From NCBI GenBank assembly GCA_965261085.1, contig OZ253442.1, positions 3,168,001-3,232,000 of the forward strand: 64,000 nucleotides of DNA. The letters are read 5' to 3'. This document shows positions 1-10,221 of the stretch, in pieces (within the stretch, counting starts at the first letter, position 1; every line of letters starts with the position of its first letter). The DNA is from a bacterium. Its GTDB lineage: Bacteria > UBA8248. The notes below the pieces were generated by a model that saw only the letters and a program-made list of their open reading frames with translations, made no database searches and was not told the DNA's origin. The translations under genes and the position numbers were made by a program.

Positions 1-2
1 TA

Positions 3-452
3 GCGCTTCCGCCGAGGCCCGAGAACGTGGCCCCGCTAACAGAGGCCTTGGGCGTGCCGATCCACGCGGCGTATCTGGGCTCATGCGCTGCGGATCAATA
101 TGAGGACATGGCGGAGGCCGCCGGGATTCTGCGCGGGAAGAAACTCGCCCCGGGTGTAAGGATGATCGTGACGCCCGGCAGCCAGGAGGTGCTCGCCCGC
201 TGCGTCGAGGATGGCCTGATGGACATTTTCTGTGAGGCGGGCGCCATGGTGGGTCCGCCCGGGTGCGGCCCCTGCGCCATCGGCAAGGGAGGCCCCCTGG
301 CGGACGGGGAGACCTGCATCGCCACGGTGACGCGAAACGACGTGGGGCGGATGGGGAGCCGTAAGGCGCAAATCTACCTCGCCAGCGCGGCCACGGTGGC
401 CGCTTCCGCCGTGAGGGGCGAGATCGCAGACCCCAGAGAGTTCCTGACTTGA
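3..452 (+). CDS. Aconitase-family (LeuC/HacA-like) large subunit, 5'-truncated by window edge
   Basis: GSC and CGPC [4Fe-4S] ligand motifs, TRNxxGRMG, C-terminal LASAATVAASA..GEIADPR; frame open back to the window start. Confidence 0.9.
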   Translation, partial: ALPPRPENVAPLTEALGVPIHAAYLGSCAADQYEDMAEAAGILRGKKLAPGVRMIVTPGSQEVLARCVEDGLMDIFCEAGAMVGPPGCGPCAIGKGGPLADGETCIATVTRNDVGRMGSRKAQIYLASAATVAASAVRGEIADPREFLT

Positions 453-462
453 GGAGGACGCC

Positions 463-987
463 TTGAACTGGACGATGCAGGGGCGTTGCTGGAAATTCGG
501 GGATAATCTCTCGCTCGATGACGACATCCTCGAATTCGCAAAGGTCTTCGTGCAGGGTGTGCGCGTATCGGACCCCGAATACTTGAAGCAGCACGTCTTC
601 ACGAACCTGATTCCCGATTTCCCGGACCGGGCGAAACCGGGCGACATCGTGGTCGCTGGGAAACGATTCGGCCAGGGCAATCCACACATATACGGCCTCC
701 TCGGAATGGCGGGCCTGGGGGTCGGCCTCATCGCGGAGAGCGTTCCCCATTTCACCTACCGGATGATTGTGGCGGCGGGACTGCCGGCGCTTCCTTTCTT
801 CGCCGACATCGGAGCGCACGTGGAAGATGGGGACGAGTTGCGCGTAGATTTCCAGATCGGAGAAGTGGAGAATCTGAGTCGCGACGTTCAATGTAAGTCT
901 GAGCCATTGCCAAACGCGCTGAGGGATATCATCGAAACCGGAGGTTTTCTGCCCGCCCTGAAAAAACGACTGGAAACACTTCCATAA
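463..987 (+). CDS. Aconitase-family (LeuD-like) small subunit, atypical active-site loop
   Basis: GRCWKFGDN, GDIVVAGKRFGQG, C-terminal IIETGG; GAGGAGG RBS; directly follows the large subunit. Confidence 0.85.
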   Translation: MNWTMQGRCWKFGDNLSLDDDILEFAKVFVQGVRVSDPEYLKQHVFTNLIPDFPDRAKPGDIVVAGKRFGQGNPHIYGLLGMAGLGVGLIAESVPHFTYRMIVAAGLPALPFFADIGAHVEDGDELRVDFQIGEVENLSRDVQCKSEPLPNALRDIIETGGFLPALKKRLETLP

Positions 988-1236
988 TACGACGACCAGA
1001 AGAGCCGCCTCGTGTCCCCACCCAAAATATTTCTTGTCGAATGGTCCTCACCCATGAAATTTTATCTCCCAACAAAAATTTTTTTTTTATAATTTCTCAC
1101 ATGACGTTTCGCTTTGTGCGTGATTTTCCTATCGTGGGGGTGGGCGAATGGCGTCATCAGAAACAGGACTCGAACGGCGAGGCTTCATCGCCACCCTCTG
1201 CATGGTGGACGGTCTGCTCGTCAGCTACGGCACGGT

Positions 1237-2451
1237 TTAAGATTTTTTCGAAGTAGAATAACGCTTGAGTTCTTCGGCAACTTCGGGGTAGGTGAACCAC
1301 TCGGGGATTTCCTCCCCGTTTTCCATCATTTCACGGAGCCGCGTGCCGGATATGCTGAGGGTTCGGGTGCTTTCGGGAATCCGGTCCACCGGCAGGTAGC
1401 GCTTTTCATCGGGGGTGTAGATCATCTCCTGGAACGGGACCATTTCGATTCCGCATTCCGCCTGGTGGATTTTCAGCAAATCCTGAGCGGCGTATGGGTC
1501 GTAGAAAGCCTCGCCCCGGCCGTCGACGCCGGGGCCGGCGTGATCCCTGCCTACGATAAAATGGGTGCAGCCGTAGTTTTTTCGGATAAGCGCGTGCCAA
1601 AGCGCCTCTCTAGGACCGGCCATCCGCATCGCCAAGGGCAAAAGCGCCAGCATGACGGAACCCGGAGGATAATACCTGAGAACATGTTCGTAGCAGCGCA
1701 CCCGGCACGTATGGTCGATGTCTCCCGGCTTCGTCACCCCCACCACCGGGTGCAGGAGTATTTTTGCTCTATTCTCGGAAGCGGCGCGCAACGTCAATTC
1801 CACATGGGCCCTGTGCAGCGGGTTGCGCGTCTGAAAGGCGACAATCCTTTTCCAGCCCATTTCTTGGAATTTCCCTCGCAATTCTCCCGGTGTATGGTGA
1901 TAATCCGGAAAATCAAGATACCGGGGGAGCCGGATTCCGCGCAAACGGCCGCCGAGATACAAAGGGCCCGTTTCCTGAAAAAGATATCGAACCCCCGGAT
2001 GCGCCTGATCGAGAGTGCCGAAGACGTTTTTCGCTTCCCGTTCAAGGTCGGCCCGCCAGACGTCTTCCACGTCCAGAACGGCGAGCAATCTTCCATGGGG
2101 GTCCCGCAGGGCGAGCCGGGCGCGCTTCTCGAACCTGTTTCCCATGTTTTCGGATACATCGAGCACGATGGGAATGGGCCACAACGCCCCGTTTTCAAGC
2201 CGCATGGTTTCCAGAACGCAGTCGTAGTCCTTTCGATTTGCATATCCTCGCAGCGGCGCGAATGCGCCGTTCAGCAACAGTTCGAGATCGCATACCTGGC
2301 GGGTGTTGAGGGAAATTTGAGGCAAATCTACGGCCTCGTTTTCGAGAACCGCTTTTTCTTCCTCGGGGAGGAGGAGATTGGGCTGAAACGGGTGTTCGTT
2401 CTCTGGAGACAAACCGGATGCTCCTGTCAGGATAAGCGAATTCGAGGACAC
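1237..2451 (-). CDS. sat: Sulfate adenylyltransferase (ATP sulfurylase)
   Basis: AFQTRNPLHRAH, MRMAGPREALWHALIRKNYGCTHFIVGRDHAG, ISGT motifs. Confidence 0.95.
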   Translation of the reverse strand: MSSNSLILTGASGLSPENEHPFQPNLLLPEEEKAVLENEAVDLPQISLNTRQVCDLELLLNGAFAPLRGYANRKDYDCVLETMRLENGALWPIPIVLDVSENMGNRFEKRARLALRDPHGRLLAVLDVEDVWRADLEREAKNVFGTLDQAHPGVRYLFQETGPLYLGGRLRGIRLPRYLDFPDYHHTPGELRGKFQEMGWKRIVAFQTRNPLHRAHVELTLRAASENRAKILLHPVVGVTKPGDIDHTCRVRCYEHVLRYYPPGSVMLALLPLAMRMAGPREALWHALIRKNYGCTHFIVGRDHAGPGVDGRGEAFYDPYAAQDLLKIHQAECGIEMVPFQEMIYTPDEKRYLPVDRIPESTRTLSISGTRLREMMENGEEIPEWFTYPEVAEELKRYSTSKKS

Positions 2452-2484
2452 AGTTTAGCGACTGCCCGAATGCGGGCGCTTTCT

Positions 2485-3498
2485 CTAATGGAAACCCCAG
2501 AGAAGAGAATTCCTGTCGCTTTGCGCCCATACGCCCCGTTCGAGTCTGTCTTTTCTTCTTCCGTCATGCCAGCGTTTGTACTCGATGGACTGGATGTTGG
2601 TGATGGTGTCGTTCTCGAGCAGTTGACGCTTCTCGCGTAAGGAAAGATTATCCGGCGCCCCTTCGAGCGTATAGTCGAATTCGCGCAATGTCTCGCCGAT
2701 CAAACTTTCGATGACCCCGACGTCCGCCTTTGGCAGGCGATGCTTGTACATCTCGACAAAATCGGTCGTGATGGGGCGGGCCGTTTTGGCGTGTATCGGG
2801 GTTTCGGCCCATTGCTTCGTCGATGCGGTTTCCTGGTGGGCGAGCATGGCGGGCGAGAAATCCTCACCCAGAAATTCACACAGTTTCTCCAGAACGGGTA
2901 CCGGCTCGGCGCAGAGTTCCTCATACCTGACGACGAAGTAGGATTCGGGGTCCAGCTTTTTCGCCGAATCGCTCACGCTCCGAACAAAATCACGCCACAC
3001 CCCGGCGGCTGCGTAGAGGTTATTCGGCCAGAGGGCGGAATCCGCGATGTCGATGGCGACGTCCCGCCCGTCCCGGATGATGTGGACGAACTGTGCGCCG
3101 GGATACATGGATTTGAGGTCTTCCATATAAAAACAAACGCGCGGCGTTTTTTCTCCCCACCGCTCTTTTCCGTGGGATTTCGCATACAGCCGATGAAGGG
3201 CGGCGTACATCTCCGCAAAGGTGGGCTCTTTCATTTCATCGCTTACTTCCGCCGCGCTCGGCGAAATGGGCCATGCGCGGATCGTCGGAGTAGCCAGGGA
3301 GTCTTCGATCATCTCGGTGAGATTGGTTTCGTTCGATAAATCACCGTAGCTGTAAAGATAGGGATAGATGAAATGCGTGAGCCATGCGGGCGGGGGCACC
3401 GCCAGCCGTGGATGGGCGTCCAGTATCAACCGGAGAAGCGTGGAGCCCGAACGGGGTGAACTGGCGATGAATACGGGACGTTCCTGGATCTCAGTCAT
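2485..3498 (-). CDS. Sulfotransferase family protein (paralog 1)
   Basis: 5'-PSB-like SPRSGSTLL, WGEKTP, HIIRDGRDVA, RYEEL. Confidence 0.9.
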   Translation of the reverse strand: MTEIQERPVFIASSPRSGSTLLRLILDAHPRLAVPPPAWLTHFIYPYLYSYGDLSNETNLTEMIEDSLATPTIRAWPISPSAAEVSDEMKEPTFAEMYAALHRLYAKSHGKERWGEKTPRVCFYMEDLKSMYPGAQFVHIIRDGRDVAIDIADSALWPNNLYAAAGVWRDFVRSVSDSAKKLDPESYFVVRYEELCAEPVPVLEKLCEFLGEDFSPAMLAHQETASTKQWAETPIHAKTARPITTDFVEMYKHRLPKADVGVIESLIGETLREFDYTLEGAPDNLSLREKRQLLENDTITNIQSIEYKRWHDGRRKDRLERGVWAQSDRNSLLWGFH

Positions 3499-3580
3499 GA
3501 GAAGTTTCCTCTTGATGCGGACCCGGCGCCTTGGCGGCTGTTTCCGGGACGTGGTTTGAGCGGATGGATTCCTTCATCAT

Positions 3581-4459
3581 TCATGCGGAAAAACGCATCG
3601 CCTCCCAGGGGGTTAGGCTGGGGTTTCCCCGCGTGAAGTGCATGGTTTTATCGATCAGGTCGAAGATGACCGCCGTGAACGTCGAACATGGTTGGGCGCT
3701 GTTCGTTCGCGCTCCCGGCGCGCGGAGATTCAGCGCGCAAATCGAACCCAGACCCCCGTCCCCGCTGGGTCCTTTCCAGGAGAGAGTGTTTTTGAGGGCA
3801 TCGAGCGCCTCGTCCTTGCTCATTCCCTGCGGAACGGACTCGTGGAGCCTGTCCAGGGTGTTCTGCATGTATTCGCACCGCGTCTCCCGATCCTCGCGCA
3901 CGTGCTCGGGCAACCGGGCTTGCTCATTCAGCAGGATGAGGCGACCGTTATTCCCGCGCGCCGCGTAGCCTTCCGGGTAGACGTGCGATTCGATTCTGTC
4001 CTCGCAGTGTTCGAGCACGGCGACCTTGCCCGTCGCGTCGGCAAGGAGGAAGTTTCCGCCCCGCTGTCCGGTGCCTTTTCCCGTGTGTCTGGGAAGAACG
4101 TCGTGCAGGTAGGGAAGCGTCTCTTCGACGGTTCCGTAGATTTCCAGGAGGCCCGCGGCGATGGCGCTCCGGCGGTCGACGTCCAGCGGGAAGTCCTTGT
4201 GCTCTTTTACGGGTTCGTCTTTTTCATCGAAAGGCCCCCGGTAGTCCAGAAAAGAGCGTATGACGGCCAGTCCTTTTTCGTTCATACCGGAGTTCACGCC
4301 GGGCCGCGAGGCCGTGTTGAAGCCCATGAAATCGTGGCCGCATCCTCCCGTAATGCAGCCATGCCAATGGCTGACAGGCATGTAGTCCGAGGTTTTCAGC
4401 GCAAAGGCTACGGGATTTCCCCTCGAGTCGGACGTCGCAACAGCGCCTATCGTGCACAT
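3581..4459 (-). CDS. Ntn-hydrolase (peptidase C45/acyltransferase-like)
   Basis: N-terminal M-C-T nucleophile, GMNEKGLA, NFLLADATG, C-terminal RGNP. Confidence 0.75.
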   Translation of the reverse strand: MCTIGAVATSDSRGNPVAFALKTSDYMPVSHWHGCITGGCGHDFMGFNTASRPGVNSGMNEKGLAVIRSFLDYRGPFDEKDEPVKEHKDFPLDVDRRSAIAAGLLEIYGTVEETLPYLHDVLPRHTGKGTGQRGGNFLLADATGKVAVLEHCEDRIESHVYPEGYAARGNNGRLILLNEQARLPEHVREDRETRCEYMQNTLDRLHESVPQGMSKDEALDALKNTLSWKGPSGDGGLGSICALNLRAPGARTNSAQPCSTFTAVIFDLIDKTMHFTRGNPSLTPWEAMRFSA

Positions 4460-4543
4460 TTTATTCTCCTCACTGGATTCGTGAATCCTGGAATTCTGGG
4501 GAGTGGAAAGGAACGCCGGTCGATTCCCCGGCCCAACTCCCCT

Positions 4544-6739
4544 TTATTCCAGATTCACCCAAACGGGACTGCTCCAGGCTTTTTCCTGGTTCACCTGAAC
4601 CACCCGTACCCAATACGTGTTCAGCCCGGAAGGCGCATCGTTGTCGATATACTCGAAACGTGCCTCCCAGGGGCCATCCATCGCCGGAGTTTTGCCGACT
4701 TCTATTCGCTGGCCGAGTCTTCCGGCGTCCACCAAAGCAGGTTTTTCGAGAAAATCCCGGATTCTCCCCTGAAGCTCCGCGTGTTTCGTCTGGATTTGCA
4801 TCTCGCCGTCTTCGCCGCCGAATTCGAGATTGAACCCCCTGGAATCTCCCGCGGTGTAGAGACTCCACGAGATGCCGGATTCCGTGCTTTCGAGAAAGCG
4901 ATCGCGGTTTTGAACGAACGCGACGGGTTCGGACGCGAGGATTCGCGCTTCGCTTAAGGACAGCCGCCCGTCCCACAGGGTGGACCGGCCGCGTCCGCGC
5001 ACACGCGCTCCTGAGAACAGGACGCGAAGCCAGTTGCCCGGCCGATTCGCGGCGATTTGCTCGGAATGGATGCGCGTCATTCCGCGAAACAACTCGATAC
5101 GCTCGAGCGGGGCCGTGCCCACCGCCTCGACCGAGATTCGGGGAGCTCCTGTCGCATCGATTTCCTCCCCCATCCACCGATCGTTCACCATGAAACGCAG
5201 GTAAATCCGCTCACCGCTCGTGGCGTAACAGCGGCGCGCCTTGATGTCGGCCCAAATGGATTCCCGCGTCAGTTCCTTGGCGTAGAGCGCCGTCAGGCCG
5301 TTACGGGAGGCGAAATGGCTGATGTCCTCACTCGGATAACAGGCGCCGGGCTGCCCGTAGTGATCATCACTGCCGCCGGCGAAGCCCACCTTCATGTTTC
5401 GCTCTATGGATTCCTCCAGCATCCACTCGAACATGCCGTGTTTCGAGTGAATCTCGATGACGGGCTCGAGTTCCGGGTCGTGAAATTCCAGGTTGGCCGG
5501 CCGGCCGCCCACATGGGGCAGGCTGAGCGCTTGCGCGCCCCGAAGCTGCGCATGGAGCTTCGTAATGTGATCCCGATCGGTGTCGACGTCGGAGAGGTCG
5601 GTTTGCAGCCAATGGGAACAGCGGTGAATCGCGGCGTCCTCATCGAAGAAAAATATGGCGTGATCCCCGCCCATCGGGGTGGTGCCCGACCACTCATAGC
5701 CGAGGAACGGGACGAAGCGGCCCGGCTCATGGAAGGCGCGGGTCTGCTCTTTCAACTCTTCCATGTCCTGGTTCGTCACCTCGAAGCAGTTTCCCTGGTG
5801 GGTGGTGAACTCGAGCGCGCCCGCATCCCGGGCGAATCGGTAGAATTCCTCGAAACTGTTGACGCCCACCGTGCCTGCGGTCTGGCCCCCGTGAAAGTCT
5901 CCCCAATGGAGGCGGGGGCCTTCTATCCGCTCGCGCACCACGACCGGGTTGCTGAGCGCTTCGCGTCCCGCCCCGTCCCGGACGCGCACGCGGGCCACGC
6001 CCTCGTCTTCAAAAGAAACTTCCTCTGTTCTCAGCAGCGCAATCCCGTCTCCATCGAAGCGCAAACTCTCGGGAAGACCCAGATTCGCGCCCACGGCTTC
6101 AAGCGAAATTTCCTCCGAGCAGCCTTCCGCGATGTTGCCGTGCCTGTCTTCCGCCTTGACCAGCAGCCACCCTTTTTCACCGACGGCGGCTTCTGAAGTC
6201 ATGATCGCGACGAGGCGGCGCGCTTCTCCTCCCTTGATCTTAAGCGTCGGCGAATGAGGCAGGGGCTGAAAGTTTCCCGCACCGAAAGGATCGACGAACA
6301 TCTTGAATTCGAAATTGCTCTCGCAGAAGGTCTGCGCTTTGAGTCCGGGCCCGCCCTGGCTGGTATCGCCCAGAGTGATCTCGATAGAGTCTCCCTCCCA
6401 GATACACCCATCCAGAACGTCGATGGTCAGGGCCTGGCGCCAGTGGCGGATGTATCCGCGTCTTTCGAATCTGGGCGAGAGCACCGCTTCGGATTCGGAA
6501 TGGAGTTTAACAGTAGTGTAGTTCTCCCCTTTGGGGTCGCCAAATTGCGGCGCGCCCCAGTTGCTGACCTGCCTGAAGGCGATCTTGATGGAGCCTCGCT
6601 CGTCAATCCCCCAGCGGCCCACCTTGTAGCGGATTCGCCATGTCCCAAGTTCCCCGGCCACCGCATCGGCGGCGGGCTCGACTTCCGCGAAACCCAATTC
6701 ATCCGTCCAGGTCTGTATCGTCCAATCCGGGAGACGCAC
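4544..6739 (-). CDS. DUF3604-domain PHP-like metal-dependent hydrolase
   Basis: WGDFHG, GYEWS, PHVGGR, EIHSKHG, GGSDDH, RCYATSG, C-terminal AWSSPVW; GTG start after GGAG. Confidence 0.8.
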   Translation of the reverse strand: MRLPDWTIQTWTDELGFAEVEPAADAVAGELGTWRIRYKVGRWGIDERGSIKIAFRQVSNWGAPQFGDPKGENYTTVKLHSESEAVLSPRFERRGYIRHWRQALTIDVLDGCIWEGDSIEITLGDTSQGGPGLKAQTFCESNFEFKMFVDPFGAGNFQPLPHSPTLKIKGGEARRLVAIMTSEAAVGEKGWLLVKAEDRHGNIAEGCSEEISLEAVGANLGLPESLRFDGDGIALLRTEEVSFEDEGVARVRVRDGAGREALSNPVVVRERIEGPRLHWGDFHGGQTAGTVGVNSFEEFYRFARDAGALEFTTHQGNCFEVTNQDMEELKEQTRAFHEPGRFVPFLGYEWSGTTPMGGDHAIFFFDEDAAIHRCSHWLQTDLSDVDTDRDHITKLHAQLRGAQALSLPHVGGRPANLEFHDPELEPVIEIHSKHGMFEWMLEESIERNMKVGFAGGSDDHYGQPGACYPSEDISHFASRNGLTALYAKELTRESIWADIKARRCYATSGERIYLRFMVNDRWMGEEIDATGAPRISVEAVGTAPLERIELFRGMTRIHSEQIAANRPGNWLRVLFSGARVRGRGRSTLWDGRLSLSEARILASEPVAFVQNRDRFLESTESGISWSLYTAGDSRGFNLEFGGEDGEMQIQTKHAELQGRIRDFLEKPALVDAGRLGQRIEVGKTPAMDGPWEARFEYIDNDAPSGLNTYWVRVVQVNQEKAWSSPVWVNLE

Positions 6740-6896
6740 GTTCTCCTGCCTTTCCGACGCAGTCCTGCGTCAATTCCTGAGAATGCCCGATTCAGCGCTC
6801 GGCGCCGAATTGGTTTTCATTCACGCGGCCCGCACTTTACATAAACGAGACCGCTTCCTGATGTCTGAAAAAGTTTTCTCTCCCCAAAATGATTTT

Positions 6897-7901
6897 TTAC
6901 TTCGCCATGGCCGCTTTGGGAAGTTTGATGCCCTTTTCCTTGTAATAGCGAATTGCGCCCGGATGTACGGGGATGTTCGCCTTCTCCATGTTGGAAATTT
7001 TCAGCGCCTCCCAGGATTTGTGGGCGAGCGCCAGATCCTTCTTGTTCGCGAAAGTCGCCTTCACCACCTCGTAGACAAGATCGTTCGGCACGTGCATGCC
7101 CACCCCGAGCCAGTTCGTTTGCCCGATGGTCTTGACGGGCTTTGGGTTGCCCTTGTACATGCCGCCGACGATCGCGGTTTTCACGTAAAACGGATATTTC
7201 GCCAGCATCATGTCCGCCCATTTACCGTGCCCGAGCCCGAATACGCGGAAAGGCAGCTGGGAGGTGATGGAGGCGACGGCGGGATGAGGCGGCGCGCCAA
7301 TCGTGGCGGCGACGTCCAGGATGCCGTCCTGCATCATCCGGTTCGCCTGGCCGTGGCCCACGTTCGTCACCTGGCTGGGTTTGAGGCCGGTCACCTTCAT
7401 GAGGTTGCGGCCGAAGCGGTCCACGCCGCTTCCCGGGCGGCTGATGTTGAGGCGCTTACCGGCGATATCCTCGGCTTTCATGACGGGGCTTTTTACCGGG
7501 GTCCAGAACTGCACGCCGGAACTGTCCACCGGCGACATGATGCGCAGTTTATTGTACCGCACCCCCTTGGCGAACCCTCTGCCGAAATAGGCGGCGTCCG
7601 AGATGCTCGAACTCGTGCCGAAGCCGAAGTCCTGTCTTCCCTGGCTGATGAGCCTGGCGTTCACCGTTGCGCCGGCGGTCGACTCCACCGAGGAATGGAG
7701 CTTGAGAGCCTTGTTGAGCACGCTGGACCAGCCCAACGCCTGGAACTGGATGGTTCCCTGAAGAGGCCCGCCGCCGATGGTGATACGCTTGGGCCAGTCT
7801 TTTCTGGCGCCCTCGGCGGGAGCGGAATACAGGACTCCGAGAGCGAACACGGCGATAATCGCAAAAACTATGGGTTTAATCTGCTTGCCGGGGAAATTCA
7901 T
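6897..7901 (-). CDS. TAXI-family TRAP transporter solute receptor
   Basis: Signal peptide from MNFPGK, ESTAGATVN, PVHPGAIRYYKE. Confidence 0.9.
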   Translation of the reverse strand: MNFPGKQIKPIVFAIIAVFALGVLYSAPAEGARKDWPKRITIGGGPLQGTIQFQALGWSSVLNKALKLHSSVESTAGATVNARLISQGRQDFGFGTSSSISDAAYFGRGFAKGVRYNKLRIMSPVDSSGVQFWTPVKSPVMKAEDIAGKRLNISRPGSGVDRFGRNLMKVTGLKPSQVTNVGHGQANRMMQDGILDVAATIGAPPHPAVASITSQLPFRVFGLGHGKWADMMLAKYPFYVKTAIVGGMYKGNPKPVKTIGQTNWLGVGMHVPNDLVYEVVKATFANKKDLALAHKSWEALKISNMEKANIPVHPGAIRYYKEKGIKLPKAAMAK

Positions 7902-7958
7902 GGTCTTTCTCCTCTGGATGGTATGTGCAGGTTGCAAGGTTGAGTGGAGCATCCACGT

Positions 7959-9881
7959 TTATGGACTCTCCTCAAGTGCGTCCTCTTTTTGTCTTCCGTT
8001 ACGAATTGTTCGGAACCAGGCGAGGAGCTCGTCTCCCACGCCCAAGCCCAGCACGATGAGACCCAGCAAATCCGTCAGGCCGCCAGAGAGGATCAGCAAC
8101 AGGGCCGCCGCTCCCAGCACGCCTCTCCGCCATAGGGGAAGCCCACGATCAATGACGCACCGCGCCAGGGCGTAGACGCCGAAAAGCGCCGTGGCCACCG
8201 CTACGCCGATTCCTCCCCAGGAGCCTTGCATCAGGAGAGAATCCCCGTAGACGAACATAAACGGGACGATATAGGCGGCGATTCCGAGCCGCACCGCCAT
8301 GAAGCCGACCTGCATGGGATGGGCCCCGGCGAGCGCGCCAGCGGCGAAGGCGGAAGCCGCGACGGGCGGGGTCATCGTGGCGAGTACGGCGTAGTAGAAA
8401 ATAAACATGTGGGCGCTTAAGAGCGGGACCCCCAGCTTCACGAGAGCAGGGCCGGCGGCCGCCGCGGCGACGAGGTAGGCGGCGACGGTGGGCACGCCCA
8501 TGCCCAAGACGATGGAGACCAGCATGACGGCGAGGAGGCCCAAAAATTTACTCTCCCCCACGTAGGAGAGCAATAAATCCGTGACTTTGAGTCCCAGCCC
8601 CGTGAGAGACAAAACACCCACGACCACGCCCGCCAACGCGCTGGGAGTCGCGACGTGAATGACGCCTTCCATCGTCCGGTAGAGCGCCTCGGCCATTCTT
8701 TTCGCCCCCATGCGCGTTTCTTGCCTGAACCAACTGGCGACTACCGCCGCCCCGATGGCGTAAAAGGCCGACTTCATCGGCGAGACCCGCACGTAGACCA
8801 GAAAGTAGATGAGGACGAATATGGGCAGAAGCAAGTGGCCGTTCTGGCGCAAGACGTCCCACAAGCGGGGGAGTTCGCTTTTGGGCAGGCCGCTTAGCCC
8901 TAGATTCTTGGCTTCGACGCCGATCATGAAATAGACCGCCACGTAGAACAGAATGGCCGGTATGAGGCCCGCCGCGGCGATTTTGAGATAGGGAATACCT
9001 GTCACCTCGGCCATCACGAACGCCGTGACTCCCATGACGGGAGGCATGAGCTGCCCGCCGGTGGAAGCGACGGTTTCGACGGCGCCCGCGAAGGCGGGTC
9101 GATAGCCGATGTTCTTCATCAGGGGAATGGTGAAGGTGCCGGTCGTCACCACGTTCGTCACCGAACTGCCGGACATGGTGCCGAAGAGGCTGCTGGCGAA
9201 AACCGCCACCTTGGCCGGCCCGCCTCTCGCGCCCCCGGCGATGGCCAAAGACGTATCGATGAAGAGCCGGCCCGCGCCTGAGCTCTGAAGGGCGGCGCCG
9301 AAGAGGATGAAAAGGATGATGAAGGTTGACGAGGCCGCCAGTGGGGGCCCGAAAATTCCTTCCAGGCTGTAGAGATACGTGACGACACGCTGGAATGAAT
9401 AGCCCCTGTGCCCCCAAAGACCGGGGAGATAGTCGCCCCATAGCGCATAGGCCAGGCAGACGAGGGCGAGGATCGGGAGCACGAACCCCTGCAAGCGGCG
9501 TCCCATCTCCAGGATGATGAGGAACGTGATGGTAGCGAACAGAACGTCGTAACCATTCGGATCGACGCCGACCCGGTAGAGCATGTTGTCGAAGTCGACG
9601 ATGAGGTAGATAGTCGTCGTAACGAGGAGAAAAGCGAGGGAGTAATCGAGGAGGTTGGGGCCTTCGCTTTTCTTGTCGGCTCTCCAGGGGATGAGCGCGA
9701 AAACGAGGATTCCGGATGACGTCAGGTGAAAAGATCGCAATATCCAGGGCTGAATCGGCTGGACCATGAGAACGTAGAGGTGATAAGCGGTGCTCAGCGC
9801 CCCGAAGGCGAATATGATCTTCGCCAGAATACCGGAGAGGTTCCTGTGCTGGGACCCTATTCCCTCGGCTCTATCCTGCAT
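7959..9881 (-). CDS. TRAP transporter 4TM/12TM fusion permease
   Basis: GGPAKVAV, SGSSVTNVVTTG, ASTGGQLMPPVMG, TPPVA. Confidence 0.93.
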   Translation of the reverse strand: MQDRAEGIGSQHRNLSGILAKIIFAFGALSTAYHLYVLMVQPIQPWILRSFHLTSSGILVFALIPWRADKKSEGPNLLDYSLAFLLVTTTIYLIVDFDNMLYRVGVDPNGYDVLFATITFLIILEMGRRLQGFVLPILALVCLAYALWGDYLPGLWGHRGYSFQRVVTYLYSLEGIFGPPLAASSTFIILFILFGAALQSSGAGRLFIDTSLAIAGGARGGPAKVAVFASSLFGTMSGSSVTNVVTTGTFTIPLMKNIGYRPAFAGAVETVASTGGQLMPPVMGVTAFVMAEVTGIPYLKIAAAGLIPAILFYVAVYFMIGVEAKNLGLSGLPKSELPRLWDVLRQNGHLLLPIFVLIYFLVYVRVSPMKSAFYAIGAAVVASWFRQETRMGAKRMAEALYRTMEGVIHVATPSALAGVVVGVLSLTGLGLKVTDLLLSYVGESKFLGLLAVMLVSIVLGMGVPTVAAYLVAAAAAGPALVKLGVPLLSAHMFIFYYAVLATMTPPVAASAFAAGALAGAHPMQVGFMAVRLGIAAYIVPFMFVYGDSLLMQGSWGGIGVAVATALFGVYALARCVIDRGLPLWRRGVLGAAALLLILSGGLTDLLGLIVLGLGVGDELLAWFRTIRNGRQKEDALEESP

Positions 9882-10151
9882 CGGCTTCGCCTTTGTGCGG
9901 TCTGTGTTTCATGCGAAAAGGAATCTCCAAAAATCCTTTCCGGCACCATGGAATTTTCAATAGCGTCGTTTTTGGCAATCCCTCAAAAAAATTTTATGAG
10001 CGCTCGTCCTCGACGCGATTCGGGAGACATCGTTTCGGCCCCGGGTTTTCGCACGCGAAACGCAGAGGCGCCACGAAACCCTCGTCATCGGGAATCCGGC
10101 TTTCCTGAAACCCGGGAAGGACGCCTCGCTCTGAATAAGATGTTATGTAAG

Positions 10152-10181
10152 TGGTATACAAACAATCATTTTCCGGGTCAA
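10152..10181 (-). promoter_or_regulatory. Putative sigma70 promoter overlapped by a GntR/FadR-like operator
   Basis: Minus strand TTGACC-N17-TATACC; near-palindrome TTGTATACCA over the -10; upstream of the TRAP permease. Confidence 0.45.
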
Positions 10182-10221
10182 GCCCGCGTCATTTCGCTCA
10201 ATTTCGAAGGGACAGCCCGTG

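Noticed and set aside
990-1236. A frameshifted APS-kinase domain after sat
   Set aside because: No P-loop or CysC-like sequence seen downstream of the stop
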